The notes beneath the pieces are model-generated. The model ran no database searches. It worked only from the letters and a program-made list of their open reading frames with translations, and was not told the DNA's origin. The position numbers and the translations under genes were made by a program. This document shows positions 25,607 to 38,004 of a stretch of DNA of 55,798 bases, piece after piece (within the stretch, counting starts at the first letter, position 1; each line of letters begins with the position of its first letter). Source of the DNA: Eremomyces bilateralis CBS 781.70 (lineage: Eukaryota); the NCBI GenBank assembly GCA_010015585.1, contig ML975184.1. The stretch is one strand, 5' to 3'.

Positions 25607-26722
25607 ATGACCCCCCAGGGCCCCATCCTCCGCACTCTCCCTTCCGAGGAGATCGAAGCATGGACTCAGCAAACCGCTGCGGCATTATCCTCCTTCAGCA
25701 TTACGGAACCTCCACGCGTCACGGGCGTCTCCCTGTCGATTCCCCTCGATGACGCGACCCAAGCGAATGTGACCGCCGAAGAGCGCCGGCGCACATCCAC
25801 GGCCCAAACCCCAAGGCCTCGAACTTCTGGCGACACACGTCCGAGGGTGCCCGTTCGCCGCGATAGCCTCAAGCGCCGAGAGGCCTTGTTGCGAGGCAAC
25901 GAGGGGAGCCGACGACGACAGCGATGGGAGAATGGTACGTTCTGACAGCGATTGCAGCTTTCGAACGACCACATGAGCGGTTTGTTCGTGTTCCTGACTT
26001 TCTCGAACTCACAGACCGGCTCTTGAACAACCCGTACGCTCAGCCACCGCTCCCTACCGACTGGGAGGTCCGTCCCACGTATCCGGTTCATGCGGTGCCA
26101 TATTACCTCGCGCCGTTGTGGGACGCGCGTTTCGCCGCGGAGAACGCGACGAGGACGGCGAAGGCCCGCGTATCGACGCGTACAGAAGGCCAGACCGATG
26201 CGGATACCGTTGGCAAGATTCCCAAGGAGCTTCGGCAGAAGTTGAAGAAAGCCAAGGGCGCGAAGACCCTACTCCAAACGCTCGAGAAAGAAGTGCGCGT
26301 GTTCATCCGCGACTGGGAAGCGAACCGGGTGACGTCGACGAGAGACGAGTTCGGCGACATCGACTCCGAGGAAGAGGAGATTGTCTTCGTAGGCCGGTCG
26401 GGCGACATGAGCGACATGAGGGACCCGCGAGTGTCCGAGGAGCTGGAGCGGGCTATGCTGGTGCTCAATAGCCCAGCGGATGATCTCAGCGCGAGCTTTG
26501 GGTACGTTGACGCTTCCTTCCCCATGGGCCGAGTGATACTAATCATGCAGACGTTGGCTGGTGCATTCCATTGGCTCTTATTACGGCCTTCGCACCTGGT
26601 CGGTCACCGTTGGCGATCCGGCTCGACGAGAAGCCTATGTCGGCATCAAAGATGTCCCTGTGAAAACAAGCACAAGTCGACAACCCGACACCCTTCCCCG
26701 TCCTCTGTGGGGACTTGTTTAA
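25607..26722 (+). CDS. R3H-associated N-terminal domain protein (conserved fungal protein)
   Basis: RRDSLKRREALLRGNEGSRRRQRWEND|RLLNNPYAQPP...PYYLAPLWD...FG|RWLVHSIGSYYGLRTWSVT. Introns 25935-26014 and 26502-26550. Stop TAA 26720-26722. Confidence 0.85.
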
Positions 26723-26922
26723 TTTCTTATAGCATGGTCCTTACATTTGGAGGCAAGGTGACGGGGTTGGAAATTTGGATGTCGCTCACCGCGCATCGAA
26801 TATAGACTACACTGTTACAATCTTGCTTGTGGCATGTAGACATCTGTAATAGAATTTGTCCATTATTGCTGCGAACATCTTTCATATCATTCTCGTAATC
26901 TTACACATGCCTCTGCAGACAG

Positions 26923-27013
26923 TTCTACTATTGGGACCTCGACGCGGCCATACCTTGCTTCTACTATTTGGAACCTCGACGCGGCCATACCTTGCTTCTA
27001 CTATTTGGAACCT
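26923..27013. repeat. 37-bp tandem repeat, about 2.5 copies
   Basis: Unit ttctactatttggaacctcgacgcggccataccttgc. Copy 1 is 36 nt, copy 2 is 37 nt, copy 3 is partial. Confidence 0.9.
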
Positions 27014-27528
27014 TTCCTTCATTCATCCGTGTGGATTCCGTAAATGAACGGCATATATTCTTTCATATTCATGCAACTTGATTGAAGTCTGTTACATTAT
27101 TTTGTATTTCTGTTTGAACGAGTCTCTTGCGTCACCATGTCCTTCATTCATGCTATATGTTCTACAGTATTGCGAGAGCCGCATTTGCCATGATATACTG
27201 CCCGGGACCACAGAACTAAGTGTTCATTGAACCGTCAACGCTGGCCGTATATGCTGTGGAGTGTCCTGTCAGCATGCCTCGCCTGCCAGGAGCGTGTTCC
27301 CAAAATTGGAAGTGAGAAGCAGAGCCGGAGCCGACACGGCTAAACATCTCCCATCGAAAGACCAAGTCGATCCGATCTACACGCAAGCTTTTATCATGAT
27401 ATAACCCTCTCAACCTTTTCCTCTAAACAAAGGATTCGGTTTACACTGACCCTCAACAAAGTTCGACTGAAGACAAGGTCGGTGTACGGGCAGAACACAG
27501 CACTCTCGTCCCTTCACACTGCCTACCC

Positions 27529-28163
27529 ATGCCGGATACAAACCGCCCTCTCCCGATAGGACTGACATCCGCCTCTGCTGGCATCTACCCCCCGAGTTCC
27601 ATCCACAGCAAGGCTACCTACTGTGCCCTCCGCTCCGAGATGTTCAGCCACGTCGGGTGGAAATTCGACTTTAGGGGCAACGCCGAGCGGTCACGGCTCC
27701 CTCTCGTATGTACCGCGCCAGATTCACACCAATGGACGGGAAAACGCCAGTGAACTGTCTAGATGGAGCTTTGGGTTCCGCACAATGGCTCAGGGACCAA
27801 TTCAGTATCCGAACGAAACGCCCTGTTACAGGATATACCCCTGGATCTTTCGGCTGTGCTCTGAATATTCTACAGCATAGGATCGAGTGTGGTTTCCCGG
27901 ACGCTTTCAACTCAAATGTTTTGTCCTGGTACCAAAGGTTCCGTTTTTAGGTCAGAGTCAACGTTCGAGTTGTATTGTCATACGTATTTCACATTCTACC
28001 CGTACATAACCCTATTCCTCCATTTAAGGTGGACGAAGTTGATACTCCTGAATCATCCCTCCAGAGGTTCAAGAACTCTGCTGAGAGGTATGATTCTCTA
28101 TATGATATCTTGCCTTGCCTAGAGCTCATCAGGCCGTGTTGGCATGCTTATTTTGGTGTTTGA
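27529..28163 (+). pseudogene. Possible decayed gene of unknown family
   Basis: ORFs 27708-27950 and 27975-28163 share a frame and are separated by a single TAG (27948-27950). ORF 27529-27753 overlaps upstream in another frame. No motif recognised. Confidence 0.3.
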
Positions 28164-28807
28164 TTACGTCAGATATGTTTTGCCGTCGGCTGCTTACTGC
28201 ACAGGTTAGTTTGTTTATCCCATCACTCCTTGCAAACGCTCAACTCATCATCTTTTCCTCTACATGGTTGCAATTCGTCATTACTACTCGTAAATTCCTC
28301 TCCTAATAGAGCTGCAATGTGAGTACTGCCACAACCAATGATGAAGTCTTTGTGGAGCCGAGTTCTGAATCCCAACTATATATTTGCGTTTCACTTCCCA
28401 AACTTTCAAAATTTCTTACCATCCATCCAAAAACATCCACCCCCCAACCATAAAAGTTCATCGTTTCAAGGTTCACCTTGATTAATATTCTGCTTCAATA
28501 CAATCTAGTTACTTGCATTCGATATCATTCAAAGAAACTGTCCCTTCCAACTCTCATCCGGAAAAGGTCATCCACAAAAACGATATTGTGCTCAAGCCAA
28601 AGCTTGAAGTTGGACTGAGATACACCCAAACCTTCGGGATGCAGTCAGTTGTTTGGAGCAAGAATGAATATCTAAGTCGCTTGCCTATGCCCGCGTGCTT
28701 ATAATTTGATTCAAACAGCTGCTGTGATTTCGCTCATTTGACATAGGACATAACAACTGACTTTATATTGTGTTCTCTCTCCTATATTCCTTATATCTCT
28801 CCTAGAC

Positions 28808-29451
28808 TTGGAAGGGAACCTGGGTAGCCGGATTGAGCGAATGGTGTGCGACGAGGCCAGTGAGATCTGCCATATAAATCTTACATGGCGCACTAGTGAT
28901 AACAGGACTCCTGACCGAGCTGCGGCGCCCTGCCTAACCCCGCAACCACCAACGTTAAAGGGTGTTGGGTGGCCGTTATCGTGGCTCCTCGCAACAAGAG
29001 ACCGCACGTTGGCCTACGCCCGGCCATCCAGAGGCGAAATTCGAAAGGGTTACCTCTCTGGGCACGAAATACGGTGATAGGAGGCTGCAACCTCAGTTTG
29101 TACATTGGTTGGCGGTGAGAGCGTGGCAATCGGATAGAAACATTCTGCGGATGTGCTCGCAAGTGGACGACCGTTTTGAGGTTTCGCACTTATGTCATGA
29201 AGCCAAATGTTTCCAACCAGACCACCTGGCGGTGGAGCCCCACAGTGTGAATGAGAAGCGAAAGGGGTGTCCTCGTGGGAAACCGTATATGTGTGTACAC
29301 CTCATTTACCTAATGAAAGCCCTGCAGGGCGACAGCGTTTCTTCTGAACGGAGCTGGAGACTTCGATGCTTACGAGAAAGTGGCCAAAAGGCCTACGCTT
29401 CTGACACGGATGGACATCAGGATTGAGACACGGCCTTCCACAGTGCGTTGA
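28808..29451 (+). pseudogene. Free-standing His-Cys box (His-Me finger, I-PpoI-like) endonuclease gene, apparently frameshifted
   Basis: 29178-29300 encodes EVSHLCHEAKCFQPDHLAVEPHSVNEKRKGC-PRGKPYMCVH. The upstream GCW segment (28960-28968) and the final PC (29320-29325) lie in a different frame. No ATG-initiated full-length ORF. Confidence 0.75.
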
Positions 29452-29835
29452 TAGCGATAGCGTCTTGCGTTGCTTTGGCTCGCCACTCTGGGGGAGCTGA
29501 TGGCTGGGATGGTGGATATTACGTGGTTAGGTCTCTGACCTCGAAACAGTTTGTCTACCGTGTAACTAATCCAACTTCATCGACGTTCTTTGAAAAGACT
29601 TCCACCTGTAAAGTTGGATTACGTGTATCACCGTATCGGTGTTTATAGATAGTCAAATCAATATCCAAGATTCCGTCCGCCACTATTGCGAAACAAAGTG
29701 ATGACGTGAGTGAGCTCAAAGCAAGCCATTCATGAACATGTATCATTGAGGTATCTTCGAGGTATCCAGCTTCGAAAATACCTTCCTAATAAACATGACC
29801 ACGCTCCGTATATACAAGAAATGAACGAAGTATCA

Positions 29836-31103
29836 TCAAAACTTCGCGAAAGCCAGCTCGTACGCAAACCCAAGTGTTAGCCTCGCGTGCTGCAGCATGT
29901 GGTCAAAAGAAAGAAACTCGATCTTGTCTTCTGTCGTGTGGATCTTCTTATCGGAGTACTGGGAAACGGTTAGTCTCATCCACACTAAAACCGCCGACTC
30001 AAGCTCACCTTGAAGTCACTCTCGATCACAAATGCCGACGGATATCCCGCCTTACTCGCACTCGCATGATCCGAGCATGCATACCCACACTTCGTCAACA
30101 CATACGGAATCTCGCAGTACTCCGTTACCACCTCCTTGATAAACTCCGTCAACCCGGGATCTACAAAGTCGGTGATCACGCCTACGCTCTCCGGCTCGCC
30201 GGCATCTAGCGTATTCTGCACATAACCCGTCATATCCTGCTGCAGCATGGCCTTGACGAGCCGTCCCTCTTTCTGATACTGCTGGAAGATCGCCTGCGAG
30301 CCCAGCAGCCCACCTTCCTCCGCCGAGTACCAGTGGAACTCGACCGTGTTCTCCGCCTGGCCTTCCAGGATATCCGTCGACGTCAGCAGGACCCGCAGCG
30401 CTTCCAGGATCGTGACCGTGCCACTGCCGTCGTCGTCGGCGCCCGGGGCGGCAAGGAAGGACGGGAGGAACAGATTGATACTGTCCTGGTGGGCGCCGAT
30501 GACGACGGTGTTCTTGGTCTTGCCTGGGATGCTCACGATGATGCTGTGCTGGCCCCACGGGTGAGTGAACCACTTGGCGGTGGTGCCTGTCGCATGCGCA
30601 CCTGCTGCGGCGACTGTGGCGTTGACTCGTTGGAGGAGCCAGGCGCTGGACTCGGCGCCATAGTGGGACTTGTAGTAGCGGGTGTGGAAGGAGGTGAGGC
30701 CCTCGAGGGACTGGCGCATGTTTGTCTTGGAGAGCTGGGAGAGCATAGGCGCGACCGCTTTGCTGTAGGCCGGCTTTTCTGGGTATTTCACCGTGATGCT
30801 AGAGGCGGTGATGTCGGCGCCGAGGTCTTGGGTGTCGGTGATGTCCATGAAGTTGATGCCTTGCTGTAGCGGCAGTTAGTCTTTGCGCAGGTTGAACCAG
30901 TTGCATGGTCGACGTAATACCCTTCGGAGGCTCCATTTCTCATCTTCCGTTACCCACAGCGTCTCGCCGGGGCTGACTTCGATCAGGAACTGTTCATTCT
31001 CGCCGGATGCAAGCGGGGCCTGCTGATTGATGGGGCTCGAAACGGCGGGGTTAAGAATGGACAAGAGGAGAGTAGAAACAGGGAAGAATGAAAACGATTT
31101 CAT
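29836..31103 (-). CDS. LAP1: Secreted leucine aminopeptidase 1 (peptidase M28)
   Basis: Signal peptide; [56 protein letters not shown]. Introns 30864-30920 and 29959-30008. Ends ELAFAKF*. Confidence 0.95.
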
Positions 31104-31603
31104 CTTTGGCCGTCAAAAGCAAAATCGGATAGGAATATAGGAAAGGATTACTGGTGTTTAGACGAGGTATTTGTACCTTTGCAGTTTATAGATAGGCAAG
31201 TTGTACGGACAGGCAGCCTGGTGGTGACTGGTGAGCTGTGCCACATACCGTATCAGTACTTAGACGGAGGGCTGTAAGTTCAAGGGTCCGCCCGCCTGGG
31301 TAGACAACCAATCTGATGACGATGACTTTCCTGGAGCCGAGATCCCGAACCAGGGTTGCCTGGTTGGTTTCTATGGAGCGCAAGGACCTGGCAACAACTT
31401 CGACAATCAGATTGTAGAATCGATTAACTATTCTGAGTTACAATTATGAATTAATGTATCCCAACACGAGTGGTTCACATTTGACAGCTATTTGTCATCG
31501 CTTAGAGTTGGCGACATGGGAAAAGTCATCGCCGTTGACCTTCCATAGAAAACACTACTCGTACATCACTAGGGTACCCTTCTGCAGCACCTCCTTCATC
31601 CTC

Positions 31604-33752
31604 TCAGGCAGCTTGCGGATAGGAAGACTCAGGCACCATGATAGGGCTGGCATGAATGGAGCCGTCTTCTTGATCTGCATTAACCTGCCTGCTATCGTTA
31701 CCTTCATCTTCAGGGTCCTCCCATATGTGTATCGCCGGACCCGAGCGCCGATTCTCGAAAAGGAAACTGTGCGCTTTACCTGCTTCACTCGGCAATCCCG
31801 GCGCAGACGAAGGTATTGGAGCGACTGCCCTGTGGAGGATAGAATCTTGTACATGGCGGCGGAGAGGCAATGCTTGAGAAGATTTTACAGGTAAAGACAT
31901 TGGTAGGGAACTGGGATGGCTGCCTTCGGCGTCATGGTTCACAACTTGAGCCTGAGGATGTCCAGAGGACGGCTGGTTGAATTGCCCTATCATCTCGACA
32001 GCGGCGTTTGATGGCAGTCGGCTCCGACACGGTTCGATCACCTTTTCGTAAAGCGTGTTGATCATCGGGAGGTACCTTTCGTCGGCAAGCCAATCATGCT
32101 GCAATGCTTCTTCGGCGTCGACGCGCTTGGTTTCGTCCTCGTGGAGGAGTGCGGCTAAGAAGCTTTTCGCTTTTCGAGACAATCCTGCGGAGGACATGAT
32201 CTTCCGGATGGAAGTTGCGCTTCGAAGAGACAGCGCGTGGCTGAGATCGGATCCGCGTAGAGGTACCTCCTTGTCGCGAACATTTGTGAAAGGCAAGGAA
32301 TCGAGCAACAAGGATAGCGCTATACATCCGATTGCCCATATATCGATCGCCTTGGTGTATGAAACCGGCCCAGGCCCGCCTTTGGTATTGTGAAAATACG
32401 CCTGGATAAGCTCCCTATTCACCCAAGTCAGCGAGCTTATTTCCTAACCAGGCGGTTGTGTACTTACGGAGCGGCATATTCTTCTGTTCCTTTCGGCGAA
32501 CAGCATCGCTGCTGGTCACTACCTGCGTCACCTAAATTCGTCGAGAGCTTCTTGGCATGGCCAAAGTCCGTAATCACGACTCTGCCGATCGGAGAACGGT
32601 TTGTTAAGAGAATATTCTCCAGTTTCAGGTCTCGATGAATGACCCTGTGGTCGTGGAGGTACTTGACCCCTTCAAGGATCTGTCTTACGATCATGATGGC
32701 TTCAAAATCATGCAACGGTCGTCGTTTGAACTCCATGAGGGAGTCAAGATCTCCACCGGTAAGAAGCTCTTGAAAAATAAACCTTATAAAATCAGATGCG
32801 TTGCAAAAAAACAACTACCTTAGTACGCACATTGTGTTTTCGCTTTTGAACACTTGCTCGATCTGGATGATGTTTGGCTGCAACAGATCAGATTGTTATG
32901 TCTCCCTGAATACAGTACTTTCTGACTTACATGATTCAGGCCATGCACGCATTCATACTCGCGGAATATCCTCTGCAATATAGTCTCTGCCTCTTCAGCG
33001 TTGTTAGACCTGTGCCGATATTGCTTGAGGTCGACGATCTTGCAGGCGACGTGGCGCTTCGACGGGACATAGACACCGACGAAGACTCTGCCGTGAGCAC
33101 CATCACCCAATTGGCGGTCTGTGATGGCATATCTGTCACTGAATGCCTATATCGGTAGGATCTCAGCCGCCATGAATCAGTCGTGCTGGGGCTCCATGGG
33201 ACAATACCATTTCCTCCCCAGTCCGAACACAACCAAGTGCTGGAACCTGTGAACCTGGGCCATCAATTTGAACAACAAGGACAATCGAAGCGCCGAGAAA
33301 TAACAGATCGCAGTCATTGAGAAGAACAGGACCAGTACGTTTGCTGAGAGGATAGGACGGACTTGGAGAACAGGAACGCTGTAGCCAGGTACCGTTCGTT
33401 GAGACATCATGGACGTACACGAGCGATTCAATTTCCTGATCGCGGTAGGAAATGCCTAGAGAGATACTTTTGATTTGAACATGCTCGTTGGATATTGTGA
33501 AGTCCTCGGCTGATTGAGCATCGCTAGAGGAGGATTAGTTCCGTAACGCGTAATCGATAGACCTTGTGCAACCGACCAGAAGTCATATCGGCCCAATTGA
33601 AACTCTTCGTCTTCGTACAATGTCCTGGAGAATAGGAATCGAGAATGCTGTGTCAATTCTGCGTAGGTGATAGGCGGCCTTGCCTTTGAATTTAGAAGGA
33701 CGCGAAAAGCGAGGACCTGCGCTGCCACCGACAGCTGACTACTACTGGCCAT
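31604..33752 (-). CDS. MEK1: FHA-domain Ser/Thr kinase, Mek1-like (Chk2/Rad53/Dun1 superfamily)
   Basis: Spliced FHA domain LGRYDFC...TISNEHVQI...[13 protein letters not shown]. Kinase motifs [65 protein letters not shown]. The Mek1 call rests on the single FHA plus the FxDRYxITDRxLG motif. Confidence 0.78.
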
Positions 33753-34297
33753 GGTGCATACTTGAATACCTATACTCATAGAAATGTTCCGATTGACTTC
33801 TCTCTTCGGCTAGATAGTCGTGGGAGGAAGCATGACTTAGAGTAGTGGTTCTGATTCCATGGGACGAAATCGAATGAAGCTGTTTCAGCAGACTACAGAG
33901 CCCAACACTGGCACTGAATATCGGCATCTGATTGGATGAAGTCGGGGTGGAGATGCAGGGAGCAACAGTAGTCACATGACGTTGTTATGATGCCACCTTT
34001 CCACTTCGGGGCTAGTGGAGTTGAAGCGAGCACAACTTAAATTATCCACCTCTTCAAACCTCTTTCTTCTCTCAACTTCACACCTGCAACAACTCATTCT
34101 CTCACCCGAAATGTAAGTCCGATTTTTCGTCATACCCATTATTAGAGCGATCTCAGCGGTGCTCAATCATCAATTCAACGGCGACTGAGCCAATTGACGA
34201 CGGGAACCATGATGACATCACTGCACAAGCTCACACCGTCACACACATTGAATCCATCAGCTAACAGTGAGCTTCTCAGCAACCCTCGAGTGTCAGG

Positions 34298-34428
34298 ATG
34301 AGAGCCAAGTGGAGAAAGAAGAGAGTTCGACGCCTCAAGCGTAAGAGGAGGAAGACGAGGGCGAGGAGGTTTGTTCGACCGATTCGATGACTTGGAACCG
34401 ACACTGACTTTGACATCACAGCAAGTAA
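34298..34428 (+). CDS. RPL41: Ribosomal protein L41 (eL41/eS32), 25 aa
   Basis: Exon 34298-34368 plus exon 34422-34428 translate to MRAKWRKKRVRRLKRKRRKTRARSK*. Intron 34369-34421 (GTTTGT..ACTGAC..CAG). Probable 5'UTR intron from 34113 (GTAAGT) to 34279. Confidence 0.97.
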
Positions 34429-34869
34429 ACACCTCGCTATCGACAGCAACCTTCCCTCCTCCATCAACCCTCAACGTTACCAAAGGGACAACAGACGTCT
34501 CGGACAACATCGAACACCGAAGACATTGAGTGAATCCCAGTCAGCCATCGAAGGACGAGATTGGACGTGAAGGATGACGGAATCTCACCACGGGCATTTC
34601 GGAAGCATTGTGGGGCCGGGGAGGTTATGCAATGCAATGGAGGTTGCACCATGTTGAAGCAATGAAGGGTGGTTTACAAGATCACACCACGCAGATAGCT
34701 CTAACACCGGCAATTGCCTTTGAGCGGTCTAGCTACCAAAAACTACATGTCAAGCTGTATCAAAAATAGTGGAATCCGAATGGTCGTTTCTACAAACCAA
34801 GGTTTTTTGATCCGTGATATCCACTATCCGCTACCCGTGAACGTATTGTTATATTCCCCTCGTTGCCCC

Positions 34870-36059
34870 TCATTGGCCTATCTTCTCCAGCAAAAACTGC
34901 TTGATAAACTCCTTTCCCTGGGCGGACGCTTCCACCAGCTCCGGCGGGAATGCAATAAAGCCGTGAGGTGCGCCAGGGAATATTTTCACTATTCCTTCTG
35001 CACCGGCCATCATCCACTTCGCGCTCATCATCACCGTATCATCTAGAAGGGGATCCTCCGTTCCACACATGAATAATGCAGGCGGCAGCTTCAAACCTCG
35101 TAGATTTTCGTAGAACGGCGAGACCATCGGGTTTGTCCGATCATCGACGCTGGTGTTCGGTAGGAAAGCATTTGAGAAGGCGCCCATGATTTTGTGGTCC
35201 AATATCAGAGTCTTATCGAAATTCACGACCGATGGGAACCAGTGAGCGAGATTGAAGGCCCCGTAGAGATAGACCAGTCCTCTCAAGCTAAAGTTAGGGC
35301 GTGACTTCAGAAGCTGGAGTCCGGCAACCGCAGTGAGGTGCCCGCCCGCAGACTGTTGTATCATCAGTTTAAATGATACTCAGCATGATGTGGCACGGCA
35401 CCACTTACATCGCCGCCAATGAACATCAGCTCGCCGCCAAACTTGTCTTGAGAATTATCCACAAGATACTCGGCAGCATCGATGCAGTCTTCGGGTCCCT
35501 GAGGAAAGGGATGCTCCGGCGCAAGGCGGTATCCAACAGAAATGACCGCCAAATCACAATTATCTGCTACAAATTTGAGATACAAATCGTAACTAAACCG
35601 CTCGTTAGTGTCCAATCGTAGGAATGCAGTCGACGAGACCGTCCAAAGACGATAAGTACTCACTCACTCTCGCTCATGAGCACCCATCCTCCGCCATGAA
35701 TGAATAGGTACGTCCCTTTTACCGTCCCGCTGCTGGGCAGCATCAATCGGCATGGGATATTCCTCCCCGCCTCTCGCGAAGGGATCTCAATGTTCTTGCC
35801 TTCAGGGAGACGACGGGGAGCTGGGAAGGCCGTTTGTCCCTTCTCCCGCATCTCCCGATACTTCGGTGCTCCAACCTATAGGACTATCTCAGCATTTTTT
35901 CTAGTGAAAGCCTTCTCACTCGGGAAACCTTACCTCGAACCAATACGGCGTCTTTGACATCAGGTCCTGAATCCCCTTGTTGGTCTCATACGTCTTGGCT
36001 GGCCCGGCATCGGGAGCGAATTTGGACGCGTCGAGCGTGATGTCACTTGTTAATGGCAT
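34870..36059 (-). CDS. Alpha/beta hydrolase of the hormone-sensitive lipase family (esterase/lipase)
   Basis: MPLTSDITLDASKF...IHGGGWV...VGYRLAPEHPFP...GGD|SAGGHL...GTEDPLLDD...APHGF. Three canonical introns. Confidence 0.92.
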
Positions 36060-36532
36060 TTTGAGCGTTGCGATGGCTCTGAACTTTAACAATAATACAC
36101 TGGTATTGGGATCTTATATGTGCCTGCCACATCTTAGATATCTTAGTACGTACCTCTCTACTTATACTCCACTAGCATACATGGGATGACAATTCCTGGG
36201 GCAGCCAAGTTCCCGGAGCGGGGAATGCCCGGTAACGCCGAATTCGCCGGATGGATGAAGCGGCATGTGCGAGGGGCGCTTAGAGACGCGATGGTTTGGG
36301 TATGAAGCTACATACTTGTGTGGCATCCTAATGGAGTAGATGAAATCATACTGAATAGAAATGATATGGTCGGGTATCTTGCCAAACCATCCACACCAGG
36401 AAAGACGAGAAGACAGCATTAACATTACGTAGCTAGCTATAGAATATATAAAGAATGCCCACAGGTGGTATCTCAAGATGTGCAGTCCCATATCTAGTAG
36501 AACTCCGGCCAAAGAAACGTCAATAAATGGCA

Positions 36533-38004
36533 CTACCGCTTTGACTGGCGCGTCATAACACGATGCGAGCCAATACCAGGCACTTCTCCTTTCCGCTTCC
36601 CTCCTTTCATCTGGTCCTGTTGACGCCCTGAAATGCGGTCAAATAAATAAGACACCGAGACATTGAGCATTTGCAATGGATACATGAAGATGGATCGCAA
36701 AACGTGAATGGGCATCATGATCGCGGATGCCACTCCGTGCACAACGCCAGTGACTAGGCCAGGTCTTTGTCCGCTCTCCGCGGCGGCAGCGGCAAGAGAG
36801 ATGGCGTCTCTTAAGCGCAACTCCAGATCCTGCAGCCGCGCCTCCGTCTGGATGGTCTGGGTTGTGGCACGCTTCTCGTACCGGCGCACAGCGCGGGTCA
36901 GGGCATCGAGTTGTGGCTGGATGTTGGAGTAGACGTCATCAGCGATATCTGTCGCGTTCCACTCGGGTTGGGATCCCTTCGATTCATGGTCTCCTGGGGT
37001 TCCTGCGGCTTGCAGTTCTAGAGAAGTGATGCGCGACAGAAGGTCTTCGGAAGATGAAGGCGGAAGAGATGTGTCGCCGTGGGATTGGACGATGCGTTGG
37101 AGGTGGAGCGTCTGTGTCTGGATCATCTTGATCAAATGAGAGCATGGTCGCAGTTCGGACACGAGGAGGAATATTGTGAGGTTGTAGTTTGAGACGAGAC
37201 CTTCGGAAGGCCGGGAGAGTTGACCACGGATGGTGTGGAGGAGGTATGCCCCCAATAGAGGTCCAGAAAAGCAGGCACCCAGCGCCAACAGCTCGCGCTT
37301 CCGCAACTCTTGTGATGCTGCTTGGGCGGCGTGATTCGACTGGTCGTCCGTTCTCGGAGGCTGTTCCTTAGGGGGTTTCTTGGCTTTGGGTTCACCAGAT
37401 TGGTCTAGAGACTCAATCTCATCATCCTCTTCCTCGATGATTGTGTCTGATGGTGGAGCTATCGGCGGAGGTTCAAGGTACTGAACGGCTTGTGCAGAGT
37501 AATACCAGTGCCTTGGGCGTGTATTAGTTTGGTTTCCAACACGTATAAACAGCTTCAAACCCACCATGGCAACCTGACAAACCAATTCAGGAATATGGCT
37601 GCCAGTCCCAGCAACAAGATATCGGTTACAAATGCACTTCCATTCTTGAACAGCAACCCTCCAACTGCCGGAAGGAGGCCAAAAGCCAACGGCGCCGAAT
37701 GCCAATGCGATGGTTCTTCATGCGTTGTATGCTCAATCCGCGACCTGGTCTTATTCGCACGGGGAAGTAGTAAATTATCCGTGGATGATCGGAGTGAGGT
37801 TGTCGCTTCATCGAGGGAGAAGTCAGAGAGAAGCGAGCTTCTCCGTCTCAACATCGGCGGTGACCGTTCTGTTGATGAACTACGCGTATAGTTTCTCCCT
37901 CCCATCCTCTGCCATTGCATGGAGGCACGCTGCACGCCTGACGATACGGCGATGGTTTCCGCACGAGTGATGCCAGGCGGGGGAGGGGGCGGTTCTTGCG
38001 TCAT
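36533..38004 (-). CDS. Conserved fungal membrane protein of unknown function with a coiled coil
   Basis: WHSAPLAFGLLPAVGGLLFKNGSAFVTDILLLGLAAIFLNWFVRLPW|HWYYSAQ...GAYLLHTIRGQLSRPSEGLVSNYNLTIF...QPQLDALTRAVRRYEKR. Intron 37512-37564. Confidence 0.85.

Noticed and set aside
26923..27013. CRISPR-like appearance of the 37-bp repeat
   Set aside because: Units are directly adjacent with no spacers, the context is eukaryotic and there are no cas genes.
28700..29500. Group I intron or rDNA host for the His-Cys nuclease
   Set aside because: No rRNA sequence or group I core elements are recognisable by eye. A covariance-model search would be needed to exclude them fully.
31526..31606. Readthrough or A-to-I stop editing of the MEK1-like TGA (25 more open codons follow)
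   Set aside because: The extension is short, follows a low-complexity tail and is easily explained by chance. Nothing here shows stop editing in this lineage.
34185..34260. Box C/D snoRNA in the RPL41 leader intron (CTGA at 34185, ATGATGA at 34209)
   Set aside because: The boxes are in the wrong order. There is no upstream C box, no downstream D box and no terminal stem.
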